This document shows positions 1-7,864 of a DNA stretch of 43,791 nucleotides, piece by piece. The stretch is from a virus (Duplodnaviria; Heunggongvirae; Uroviricota; Caudoviricetes). Location: IMG/VR virus record IMGVR_UViG_648861009_000009. One strand, given 5' to 3'. The notes beneath the pieces were generated by a model, which was not told the origin of the DNA, made no database searches, and saw only the letters and a program-made list of their open reading frames with translations. Within the stretch, counting starts at the first letter, position 1. Each line of letters opens with the position of its first letter. The translations under genes and the position numbers were made by a program.

Positions 1-933
1 ATGGACAACGACAAAATTGATCAACACAGCGACGAAATTGAAGTTGAGAGCGAAGAAAAAGAGCGCGGCAAAAAAATAGAAATAGATGAAGATCGACTCC
101 CCTCCCGGGCGATGGCAATTCATGAGCATATCCGCCAGGATGGTGAAAAAGAGCTGGAACGCGACGCAATGGCACTACTGTGGTCAGCCATTGCGGCGGG
201 TCTGTCGATGGGCGCTTCATTACTGGCAAAAGGGATATTTCATGTCGAACTGGAAGGTGTGCCGGGCAGCTTCTTGCTGGAGAATCTCGGTTATACCTTT
301 GGTTTTATTATCGTCATTATGGCCCGCCAGCAATTATTTACCGAAAACACCGTGACTGCGGTACTACCCGTCATGCAAAAACCGACAATGAGCAACGTTG
401 GCTTACTTATGCGGTTATGGGGCGTCGTGCTGCTGGGTAATATTCTCGGGACAGGTATTGCGGCGTGGGCATTTGAATATATGCCAATCTTCAATGAAGA
501 AACTCGCGATGCATTTGTCAAAATCGGCATGGATGTGATGAAGAACACCCCCAGCGAGATGTTTGCCAACGCGATCATTTCCGGCTGGCTGATCGCCACT
601 ATGGTATGGATGTTTCCTGCAGCGGGTGCGGCAAAGATTGTGGTGATTATATTGATGACCTGGCTTATTGCCCTGGGTGACACCACTCACATCGTTGTCG
701 GTTCTGTTGAAATCCTCTATCTGGTGTTTAACGGTACGCTGCACTGGAGCGATTTCATCTGGCCCTTCGCACTACCTACTTTAGCGGGGAACATCTGCGG
801 CGGCACCTTTATCTTCGCGTTAATGAGTCATGCACAGATTCGTAACGACATGAGCAACAAGCGCAAAGCAGAAGCACGCCAAAAAGCAGAACGTGCGGAA
901 AACATTAAGAAAAATGATAAAAACCCGGCATAA
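1..933 (+). CDS. yfdC: Formate/nitrite-transporter-family inner membrane protein YfdC (host gene)
   Basis: 310-aa ORF, multi-TM, matches remembered E. coli YfdC; lies immediately upstream of argW as in K-12. Confidence 0.85.
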   Translation: MDNDKIDQHSDEIEVESEEKERGKKIEIDEDRLPSRAMAIHEHIRQDGEKELERDAMALLWSAIAAGLSMGASLLAKGIFHVELEGVPGSFLLENLGYTFGFIIVIMARQQLFTENTVTAVLPVMQKPTMSNVGLLMRLWGVVLLGNILGTGIAAWAFEYMPIFNEETRDAFVKIGMDVMKNTPSEMFANAIISGWLIATMVWMFPAAGAAKIVVIILMTWLIALGDTTHIVVGSVEILYLVFNGTLHWSDFIWPFALPTLAGNICGGTFIFALMSHAQIRNDMSNKRKAEARQKAERAENIKKNDKNPA

Positions 934-1008
934 ATGGCGAGGGTTTAAGCAATCGAGCGGCAGCGTACTTACCCCGCAGTCCATTAGCGGGTATACTCAT
1001 GCCGCATT

Positions 1009-1083
1009 GTCCTCTTAGTTAAATGGATATAACGAGCCCCTCCTAAGGGCTAATTGCAGGTTCGATTCCTGCAGGGGACACCA
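1009..1083 (+). tRNA. argW: tRNA-Arg (anticodon CCU)
   Basis: 75-nt sequence GTCCTCTTAGTTAAATGGATATAACGAGCCCCTCCTAAGGGCTAATTGCAGGTTCGATTCCTGCAGGGGACACCA; cloverleaf, CCT anticodon, 3' CCA. Confidence 0.9.
1069..1083. repeat. attL core (15-bp direct repeat, 3' end of argW)
   Basis: ctgcaggggacacca repeated exactly at 42088-42102. Confidence 0.75.
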
Positions 1084-1244
1084 TTTATCAGTTCGCTCCC
1101 ATCCGTACCAGTCCGCAAAATCCCCTGAATATCAAGCCTTCCGTAGATTCACAGTTCGTCATGGTTCGCGTCAGATCGTTGACAGCCGCACTCCATGACG
1201 GGTAAAAAGTGGATAAAATAATTTTACCCACCGGATTTTTACCC

Positions 1245-2402
1245 ATGCTCACCGTTAAGCAGATTGAAGCAGCAAAGCCGAAAGAAAAACCATACCGCCT
1301 TCTCGATGGTAATGGCCTGTACCTTTATGTCCCTGTGTCAGGGAAAAAGGTATGGCAGCTTCGCTACAAGATTGACGGTAAGGAGAAAATCCTGACCGTC
1401 GGGAAATATCCGCTTATGAGTTTGCAGGAGGCAAGGGATAAAGCATGGACCGCGAGGAAAGACATCTCGGTTGGCATCGATCCGGTAAAAGCGAAAAAGG
1501 CTTCGTCTAACAACAATTCCTTTAGCGCCATTTACAAGGAATGGTACGAGCACAAGAAGCAAGTATGGTCAGTAGGGTATGCGACTGAACTTGCAAAAAT
1601 GTTTGATGACGACATTTTACCTATCATCGGCGGCCTTGAAATTCAGGATATTGAGCCGATAAAACTGCTGGAAGTAATCCGCAGATTTGAAGATCGCGGT
1701 GCAATGGAGCGAGCCAACAAAGCCCGCAGAAGATGCGGAGAGGTTTTCCGTTACGCTATTGTCACTGGTAGGGCTAAATATAACCCGGCACCTGACCTTG
1801 CTGACGCCATGAAGGGATACCGCAAGAAGAACTTCCCGTTTCTCCCAGCAGACCAGATCCCTGCATTCAACAAAGCACTGGCAACATTTTCAGGAAGCAT
1901 CATATCGCTCATTGCGACCAAAGTTTTACGCTACACAGCCCTAAGAACGAAAGAGCTTCGCTCCATGCAATGGAAGAACGTCGATTTTGAAAACAGGATT
2001 ATCACTATCGACGCCAGTGTGATGAAGGGCCGCAAAATTCATGTGGTCCCGATGTCAGACCAGGTGGTTGAACTTCTCACTACGCTAAGCTCAATCACCA
2101 AACCAGTCTCAGAGTTTGTTTTTGCCGGGCGCAACGATAAGAAGAAGCCAATCTGCGAGAACGCGGTTCTACTTGTGATCAAACAAATCGGCTATGAGGG
2201 TCTGGAAAGCGGTCACGGATTCAGGCATGAATTCAGCACGATTATGAACGAGCACGAATGGCCTGCTGACGCTATTGAAGTGCAACTTGCACATGCCAAC
2301 GGCGGATCTGTGCGTGGAATTTACAACCATGCTCAGTATCTCGATAAGCGCAGAGAAATGATGCAGTGGTGGGCGGACTGGATTGATGAAAAGGTGGGCT
2401 AA
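1245..2402 (+). CDS. intS: Tyrosine integrase IntS-type
   Basis: ORF 1209-2402 (GTG at 1209); ATG at 1245 gives MLTVKQIEAAKPKEKPYRLLDGNGLYLYVP matching remembered K-12 IntS; adjacent to argW. Confidence 0.88.
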   Translation: MLTVKQIEAAKPKEKPYRLLDGNGLYLYVPVSGKKVWQLRYKIDGKEKILTVGKYPLMSLQEARDKAWTARKDISVGIDPVKAKKASSNNNSFSAIYKEWYEHKKQVWSVGYATELAKMFDDDILPIIGGLEIQDIEPIKLLEVIRRFEDRGAMERANKARRRCGEVFRYAIVTGRAKYNPAPDLADAMKGYRKKNFPFLPADQIPAFNKALATFSGSIISLIATKVLRYTALRTKELRSMQWKNVDFENRIITIDASVMKGRKIHVVPMSDQVVELLTTLSSITKPVSEFVFAGRNDKKKPICENAVLLVIKQIGYEGLESGHGFRHEFSTIMNEHEWPADAIEVQLAHANGGSVRGIYNHAQYLDKRREMMQWWADWIDEKVG

Positions 2403-2423
2403 CCAACGCTATATCTCAGATAG

Positions 2424-2457
2424 CACAAAGCCTTGCAATCCAGTGCAAAGCTTTGTG
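2424..2457. repeat. Imperfect 14-bp-arm inverted repeat between convergent int and late operon (possible bidirectional terminator)
   Basis: cacaaagccttgca / tgcaaagctttgtg with 6-nt loop; no clear U-tract. Confidence 0.3.
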
Positions 2458-2493
2458 TGTCTCAGTTTTGCCTCATAGGTAACTCTGTGTTAA

Positions 2494-2793
2494 CTACGAT
2501 GCAAGAATCCATACCAATAAGCATCCGATAATTGGGAAAGAAAAATCCAACAAACTTCCCACATCCCACACGCGTGGATCAAAACCTCCCCACCACGGCA
2601 TGTTGACACGTTTCCCTTTCCCAAACTTTTCTATCCAGCGATATTCTGCCTGGGTGTGTTCACGCGCAATGAAGAACGTACAACCGGCTATCGCACCGTA
2701 AGCCCAGTTTCCGGTAAAAATACCAACCAGTACCTGAGCCGCAAAAGCGCAAAGCGAGTGAAGAAATGGAGTGACATCAATGCTCTTAATCAT
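2494..2793 (-). CDS. Small 3-TM membrane protein at the lysogenic-conversion locus (moron, function unknown)
   Basis: 99-aa ORF; start overlaps tailspike stop (ATGA); hydrophobic segments; occupies the slot between tailspike and int where gtrABC/oac lie in relatives. Confidence 0.55.
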   Translation of the reverse strand: MIKSIDVTPFLHSLCAFAAQVLVGIFTGNWAYGAIAGCTFFIAREHTQAEYRWIEKFGKGKRVNMPWWGGFDPRVWDVGSLLDFSFPIIGCLLVWILAS

Positions 2794-4930
2794 GAAACTT
2801 CCCCATTGGTTGAAAATATGGCTCCTCCAACTCCAAGTGTATTTCGTGTTGTGCTCAACCTAAGAGGGCTGGAGTCAGAATTAGAATATCCTGTAGCAGA
2901 AATAAAAGATCCTCCACTAATAGTCAACTGCGGAACATCGGCTATATCTGAATAAGTTCTGTCAGCAACAGTATTATTTATAGCCACATGTGATCCAAAA
3001 AAACTTCTTATTGTTTGGTTTTTAACTTTACTTCCTTCAATGGTTATCCTACTACCACAGTCAGCAATAAATCCTGAATCTGCATCCAGCGTTGCATTCA
3101 TAAAAGAAGCTTCAGATCTCTCTACATCAATCCATCTAATATCTTTTGTGGGATTTGCACCAAATACATGACAAATATTAGAGTTAAACCTTACACCATC
3201 TTGGAGGTGCATTAATTTTTTTATATCTGTACCCCATAGCCTTGGAAAATTAACAGATGCTCCTGCATGGCAATCAAATCCCAACTCAGCCCCTGAGATA
3301 TCTACAGCCTTTCCTGAAATAACAGCACCAGTGTCTGCATTAACGGCTGTTCCACAATTGCGCATATCATTACCAGCAATATCAACACAACTCGCACCAT
3401 CAATACGCACACCAAGTGCACATCCATAAAAACCTTTTTCAATATTTGGTTCAAGGACTTTACCACTTGTTTCTGCATCACTTTCTTCAACGTCATGTCG
3501 TCTTGCATCAACATATGCTGTATGAATGCAGGTTAATCCACGATATGAGCAATGTATAGTTTTATGGTCGCGTATATTAACATTTNNNNNNNNNNNNNNN
3601 NNNNNNNNNNNNNNNNNNNNNNNNNNNNNNNNNNNNNNNNNNNNNNNNNNNNNNNNNNNNNNNNNNNNNAACCATCTCTTACATTCCATCCTATATAACA
3701 ATAGCTTGCACTTGACCCCTGAAAATCTGCTTTAACATTATAAATACAATTAACTGACGCAACCGTACTCTCTGTGCACCGTTCAAACTTGCTTACAGGC
3801 ATTGATGCCTTGACATTATTTACCAGTTGCAGGGAAGAGTATCTGCTATAAGAAAAATCACATACGTAATACCCTTCTGGCATATATGCAGCAACACTTT
3901 CCTCATCAGGAGCACATCCGGTATGATATGCACTAATTTTTGCACCAAAGCTACCATGAATTCCAACGTAGAACTTTCGAGCACCTGAATACGGATAGAA
4001 ATTAAGTTCAGCTTTTTGAGTTACAATAAATGCACAAACATCGCTATCATCTCTATTTTCTTCAATCTGAATAGCAAATACAGGACTTTTTGCTGCATCG
4101 CAAATGTAAAATAAATATTTGTATTCGTAATACGTCCTAACAGTTTTAGTAAACAAACTGGTATCAGAGAAAACCACTGAGTCTTCTGATATTATTTTAA
4201 TCCATGATAAGTCACATCCTGCTGAAATTTCTATTTGCTCATTGAGCACAAAACCGGAAAGAATTTTAATTATGCAAAAGTCAATGCCATTTTTCCATAG
4301 TGGACGCAGTGCAACAGCCGAGTTTAGAGCATCACTAATAGATTTAAAATTACCATATTCCCCAACTGTTATTGTGAATGCATACCTGGAATTAAATACT
4401 GCGGCACTCTCTCCAGAGTTAATAGCTGCAGATATCATGTCATAATTTGATATAAAATCATTTGGCGTGATTATTTCTGCGTTTTTATTGTGCTGTGTTC
4501 TAAGTTTTGAATTTACATGAACACTTTTAACTGCAATACGGGAGTCGTCAACAAGTATTTCATTACCCTCTGTTGCTAACTCTTGTCTTAACTGATCCGG
4601 GTCATACTTCAGCACATTCGGAAAATTGAACTGCTGTGCACCATACGCATCATAAACAGCCATAGAATGGCCTTGCTCAGTTACGAATTTGGCAATCTGT
4701 CCGTTATATACAGGGTAACCAGCAGCGTTAATGATGATTGGTTGCGATACAGGAACGTGAGAACCGTCTTCATTCTCCACATAAACCTGAATCTGGTTTT
4801 CAGGATTTACAGGGTCAGTGTCAATTTTTCCGATATAAATTTTGCCATTGGCAACCGCTTTAAAAGAACGTGCCATAGTGAAGAGTTGCGAAGGCATCGA
4901 TACGATCACATTGGCTGTAATGTCTGTCAT
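2790..4930 (-). CDS. Tailspike protein, P22 gp9-type N-terminal head-binding domain plus distinct receptor-binding domain; interrupted by assembly gap
   Basis: N-terminus [43 protein letters not shown] matches P22 tailspike; ORF spans N-run 3586-3669. Confidence 0.85.
3586..3669. other. Assembly gap (84 N) inside tailspike gene
   Basis: Run of N. Confidence 0.95.
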
Positions 4931-4996
4931 TTAATTTGCTCCAGATACAATGAATCGCCGCAGCGTGGCTACGGTTGGTATTTGTTTTGTTTTTGA

Positions 4997-5015
4997 ACTA
5001 CGAAAATTTCGTAGT
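4997..5015. repeat. Perfect palindrome ACTACGAAA-A-TTTCGTAGT upstream of tailspike
   Basis: 9+1+9 inverted repeat read directly. Confidence 0.5.
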
Positions 5016-5065
5016 GCTATCCATCAAGGCCATCGCCGCTTAGTTGCTGCGGTGAATTTTGGGCA

Positions 5066-5089
5066 TAAAAAAACCCAGCCGAAGCTGGG
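5066..5089 (-). terminator. Rho-independent terminator downstream of ant
   Basis: Minus-strand CCCAGC-TTCG-GCTGGG followed by T7 tract. Confidence 0.65.
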
Positions 5090-5108
5090 TCGTTGCGTTG
5101 GTTATCTG

Positions 5109-6032
5109 TCAGTAGTTATGTACTGAAGGAGGTAATTCTTTATTCTTAAGTCTCATCCATGCTGAAAGATTCGTTGGTCCGTCTGGCTCATTAATATCAA
5201 CATCTCGTGTATGGTTGATTAAAACATCTCTCGCCATATCGATAATACGGGAGAACTCATAACCGCAGTCATGACATCTGCCGGAATAGTTCGATTGAAT
5301 TTGTTTTAATGCCGGATACAGTTCGCGGAATAATGCCTGTGAGCGGTTGGCATAATCCCATAACCATACAAGGCTGTTTGCTTCTTTTGCAGAAAGCTCG
5401 TTTGCTTTCTTCTCTTGTTTGCCAATGAACTCACCTTCAAGTGGAACTCGAGCTGCAAGTGACAGTGCTTCTGTAAACTGCTCCTCACTGATTTCTTTGT
5501 ACGAACATCCAAAATGGGATTTCAGTGACGACCACATGGTGATCATCGCCTTAGCCTGTTTTTCTTTTGGCAGAGACTGACCGCGACTCATGACGAGTTG
5601 TTTAATGGCTTCCTGCTGTTCAGTGGTAATTTTACCCGGCAACGCCTTTTTAGCTTTGCGTGGGTTAACTACATGGCCTTTAGTCCAGTACTCGTATAGC
5701 ACATCGTCACACTCTTCCTGATACTGGATTACCTTGTCGCGGATTTCAGGACGGACTTTGTTTGGTTGAATACTTGAAAGCCAAGCCGCAAATTTACGAA
5801 AGGCAAGACATGTCATTAACTGTTTACCGCCAGCAGAAGGTATTTCGATTTCCGAAATACCTTTGGCAAACCTCTGTTTTAACTTAACAAATTGAGCTGC
5901 CCAAACCATCCCCATGCCTTCAACAACAGGCTTCATAGGAACATAAGGCTCATTGTTAATTCCAACCAAAAAAAGATTTGTTCCGTGGAATGGAACATTG
6001 ATTGTGCGATCTGCAATTGCTAAACTAGTCAT
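5109..6032 (-). CDS. ant: Antirepressor Ant (AntA N-domain type)
   Basis: 307-aa ORF at the immI position adjacent to tailspike, downstream of arc-like gene; RBS AGGAA. Confidence 0.75.
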   Translation of the reverse strand: MTSLAIADRTINVPFHGTNLFLVGINNEPYVPMKPVVEGMGMVWAAQFVKLKQRFAKGISEIEIPSAGGKQLMTCLAFRKFAAWLSSIQPNKVRPEIRDKVIQYQEECDDVLYEYWTKGHVVNPRKAKKALPGKITTEQQEAIKQLVMSRGQSLPKEKQAKAMITMWSSLKSHFGCSYKEISEEQFTEALSLAARVPLEGEFIGKQEKKANELSAKEANSLVWLWDYANRSQALFRELYPALKQIQSNYSGRCHDCGYEFSRIIDMARDVLINHTRDVDINEPDGPTNLSAWMRLKNKELPPSVHNY

Positions 6033-6033
6033 G

Positions 6034-6110
6034 TCGTTAATTCCTATGCGTGGTTTTACGATACCGAAGCCCTGACTGTTCCTGCAGTTGGGGCTTCACT
6101 GTTTTGATTT
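6034..6110 (+). ncRNA. Candidate sar-like antisense RNA complementary to the ant RBS/start
   Basis: Plus-strand -35 TTGATT (5998-6003), 17-bp spacer, -10 TAAACT (6021-6026); hairpin 6066-6097 then U-rich tract; ~75 nt. Confidence 0.35.
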
Positions 6111-6265
6111 CTTTGCCGCATCAAGCATCACTTCTGAAAACGTGCGCTTGCCACTGAATACTCTTTCTCTTCTCAATTTTTCGTTCGCGCCAAATGATTC
6201 GCCATGAACAAAATTTGGTCTCAAAATGGTAAGCACAATCTCTTTGACTACTGCATCCAAGCAAA

Positions 6266-6406
6266 TCACACTGTTACCCCCTCCCTCTTCAGGCTGTCCA
6301 GCACCCGTTTAATTACTTCTGCACTGAATGAGCGACACTCTTCCTTTGCTTTTTCTTCAAGAATTTTTTCTAGCTTCTCTGGCATACGCAGTGTTTTAAC
6401 CTTCAT
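6266..6406 (-). CDS. arc: Arc-like ribbon-helix-helix repressor
   Basis: 46-aa ORF MKVKTLRMPEKLEKILEEKAKEECRSFSAEVIKRVLDSLKREGVTV; RHH pattern like P22 Arc; RBS GGAGGA; upstream of ant; below ORF-track cutoff. Confidence 0.6.
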   Translation of the reverse strand: MKVKTLRMPEKLEKILEEKAKEECRSFSAEVIKRVLDSLKREGVTV

Positions 6407-6511
6407 TGTATCCTCCGTTGTATGTGGTACGCATACATAGTATTTAGGTACGCATTGATAGTCAATAGATACCTACATATCCTGTGGTAAAAAATTATTC
6501 AGGATGCGCCG
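6407..6511. promoter_or_regulatory. immI divergent promoter/operator region
   Basis: Direct repeats GGTACGCAT at 6426-6434 and 6447-6455 (21-bp spacing); TGTGGTA at 6423-6429 and 6483-6489. Confidence 0.4.
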
Positions 6512-6676
6512 ATGTCTGATCGTAAGTACAAAAACCCTCAAGTGAATCTGAGGCTTCCTGTAGAGATAAAGGAACGTCTTATTGAACTGGCTGAGGCTAA
6601 TTCTCGTTCATTAAATGCTGAGATGGTCGCGGCACTTGAAGCGTGGACCGAAAAAATAAACACATTCAAGCACTAG
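6512..6676 (+). CDS. mnt: Mnt-like RHH repressor, apparently truncated (C-terminal domain in -1 frame to 6759)
   Basis: 54-aa ORF MSDRKYKNPQVNLRLPVEIKERLIELAEANSRSLNAEMVAALEAWTEKINTFKH divergent from arc; downstream frame encodes LATIASRLIDLEHDVETLKTMYGKDK. Confidence 0.55.
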   Translation: MSDRKYKNPQVNLRLPVEIKERLIELAEANSRSLNAEMVAALEAWTEKINTFKH

Positions 6677-6761
6677 ACCTTGCAACTATAGCATCACGAT
6701 TGATAGATCTTGAACACGATGTTGAGACGCTAAAGACCATGTATGGTAAGGATAAATAAAT

Positions 6762-7040
6762 ATGACAGATACCAAAGTGAACTTCAGAGAAACCATCTTC
6801 AAGGACTCAAGTGATGCTGTAAATGAGTATGCTGATGGATTTGCTTACTCGTCTTTTGGGGATGTCGGAGCAAGATTTGGTTCAATAGCATTTTTTAAGC
6901 ATGTTTCAGACTGGGTTAATAATGAGGAGATTCAGCCAGTTAGATACCAAATTGCCAACATTCGCATGAGTGAAAATCAACTTCTTGAACTGGCTAAGTA
7001 TATAGTTTCTCAACACGAAGAATCAAAAAAATTAAGCTGA
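6762..7040 (+). CDS. Hypothetical soluble protein, first gene of sieA-position cassette
   Basis: 92-aa ORF, RBS AAGGA, no TM. Confidence 0.5.
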   Translation: MTDTKVNFRETIFKDSSDAVNEYADGFAYSSFGDVGARFGSIAFFKHVSDWVNNEEIQPVRYQIANIRMSENQLLELAKYIVSQHEESKKLS

Positions 7041-7047
7041 CAGAGCC

Positions 7048-7608
7048 ATGATTACTTTTCCTGCCGTAAATGCTGATCATGCAGCGGAGAAAAAGAGAAC
7101 TCTTGGTCGTATGGGGTCGACAGGTGGCATAGGAGAAAAGTCCAATGCTTCGCCTCCAGTTACCAAGAATGATATAACCAAAAACAATAATATCGCTTAT
7201 CTTGGAAAACAATACACTGAGGAGCATGCTATGGGCAGCCCATCAAGAGAAGAGATTGACGCGAAGCTTGGTCAAAACAAAGCAGAAATTGAGTTAATAT
7301 CTGCTAACATGCGCGCTGAAATTTCAGCTTTCAGAGAATTCCAATCTAAGCAATTTACAGCTATGAATCAGTCCCTTAATGAAATTAAGGGACAGATATT
7401 CGCTAGCAATGGCGAAGTTGCAGGGCTCAAAGGTCAAATTGATGGCATTAAAACATCCATGACCGCGACCCAATGGCTCGTTGGTGCGGTTCTCGCTATG
7501 CTTGCGGTAATCATAACGCTTCCGCAGATTCAATCTTACTTCAAGGTTTCTGAGCCGACTGCGAAGGAAGCCGCTAGTGAAACCCATGATACCAAAATAA
7601 AGCAGTGA
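7048..7608 (+). CDS. Coiled-coil protein with C-terminal TM anchor (start may be 7231)
   Basis: 186-aa ORF; strong RBS GAGGAG before internal ATG at 7231; C-terminal WLVGAVLAMLAVIITLP. Confidence 0.5.
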   Translation: MITFPAVNADHAAEKKRTLGRMGSTGGIGEKSNASPPVTKNDITKNNNIAYLGKQYTEEHAMGSPSREEIDAKLGQNKAEIELISANMRAEISAFREFQSKQFTAMNQSLNEIKGQIFASNGEVAGLKGQIDGIKTSMTATQWLVGAVLAMLAVIITLPQIQSYFKVSEPTAKEAASETHDTKIKQ

Positions 7609-7636
7609 TCTTACCAATAAAACCTGGGAGGACAAC

Positions 7637-7864
7637 ATGAAGCAATGGCTCATCATAATTGCTGTTTTTTTGCTCATTTACACTGTTTTCCCAACATTAA
7701 AAGCACCAATGCAAATAATTTCACTGGCAATAATTGCGATTGGTGCTTTCATTGCTGTAGCCGTACTTGTGTTTAAGGTTTTAAAGTTTTTAGTTTGGCT
7801 ATCAAAAGATGATGGATGCAAAGTTCATCAAGAAAAAGAAGGCAAAATAACCAAAGTTGACTAA
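7637..7864 (+). CDS. Small 2-TM membrane protein
   Basis: 75-aa ORF, RBS GGGAGG, two hydrophobic helices, charged C-terminus. Confidence 0.5.
   Translation: MKQWLIIIAVFLLIYTVFPTLKAPMQIISLAIIAIGAFIAVAVLVFKVLKFLVWLSKDDGCKVHQEKEGKITKVD

Noticed and set aside
86-744. Four alternative-frame and antisense ORFs inside yfdC
   Set aside because: All lie within the well-supported yfdC reading frame and show biased, non-protein-like composition.
1209-1244. Extended integrase N-terminus starting at GTG 1209
   Set aside because: The ATG at 1245 reproduces the IntS N-terminus MLTVKQ; the upstream extension most likely covers the attL/promoter region.
2403-2493. Looked for gtrA/gtrB/gtr-type or oac conversion genes between int and the tailspike
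   Set aside because: No ORF of suitable size or composition is present; only the 99-aa membrane ORF occupies the locus.
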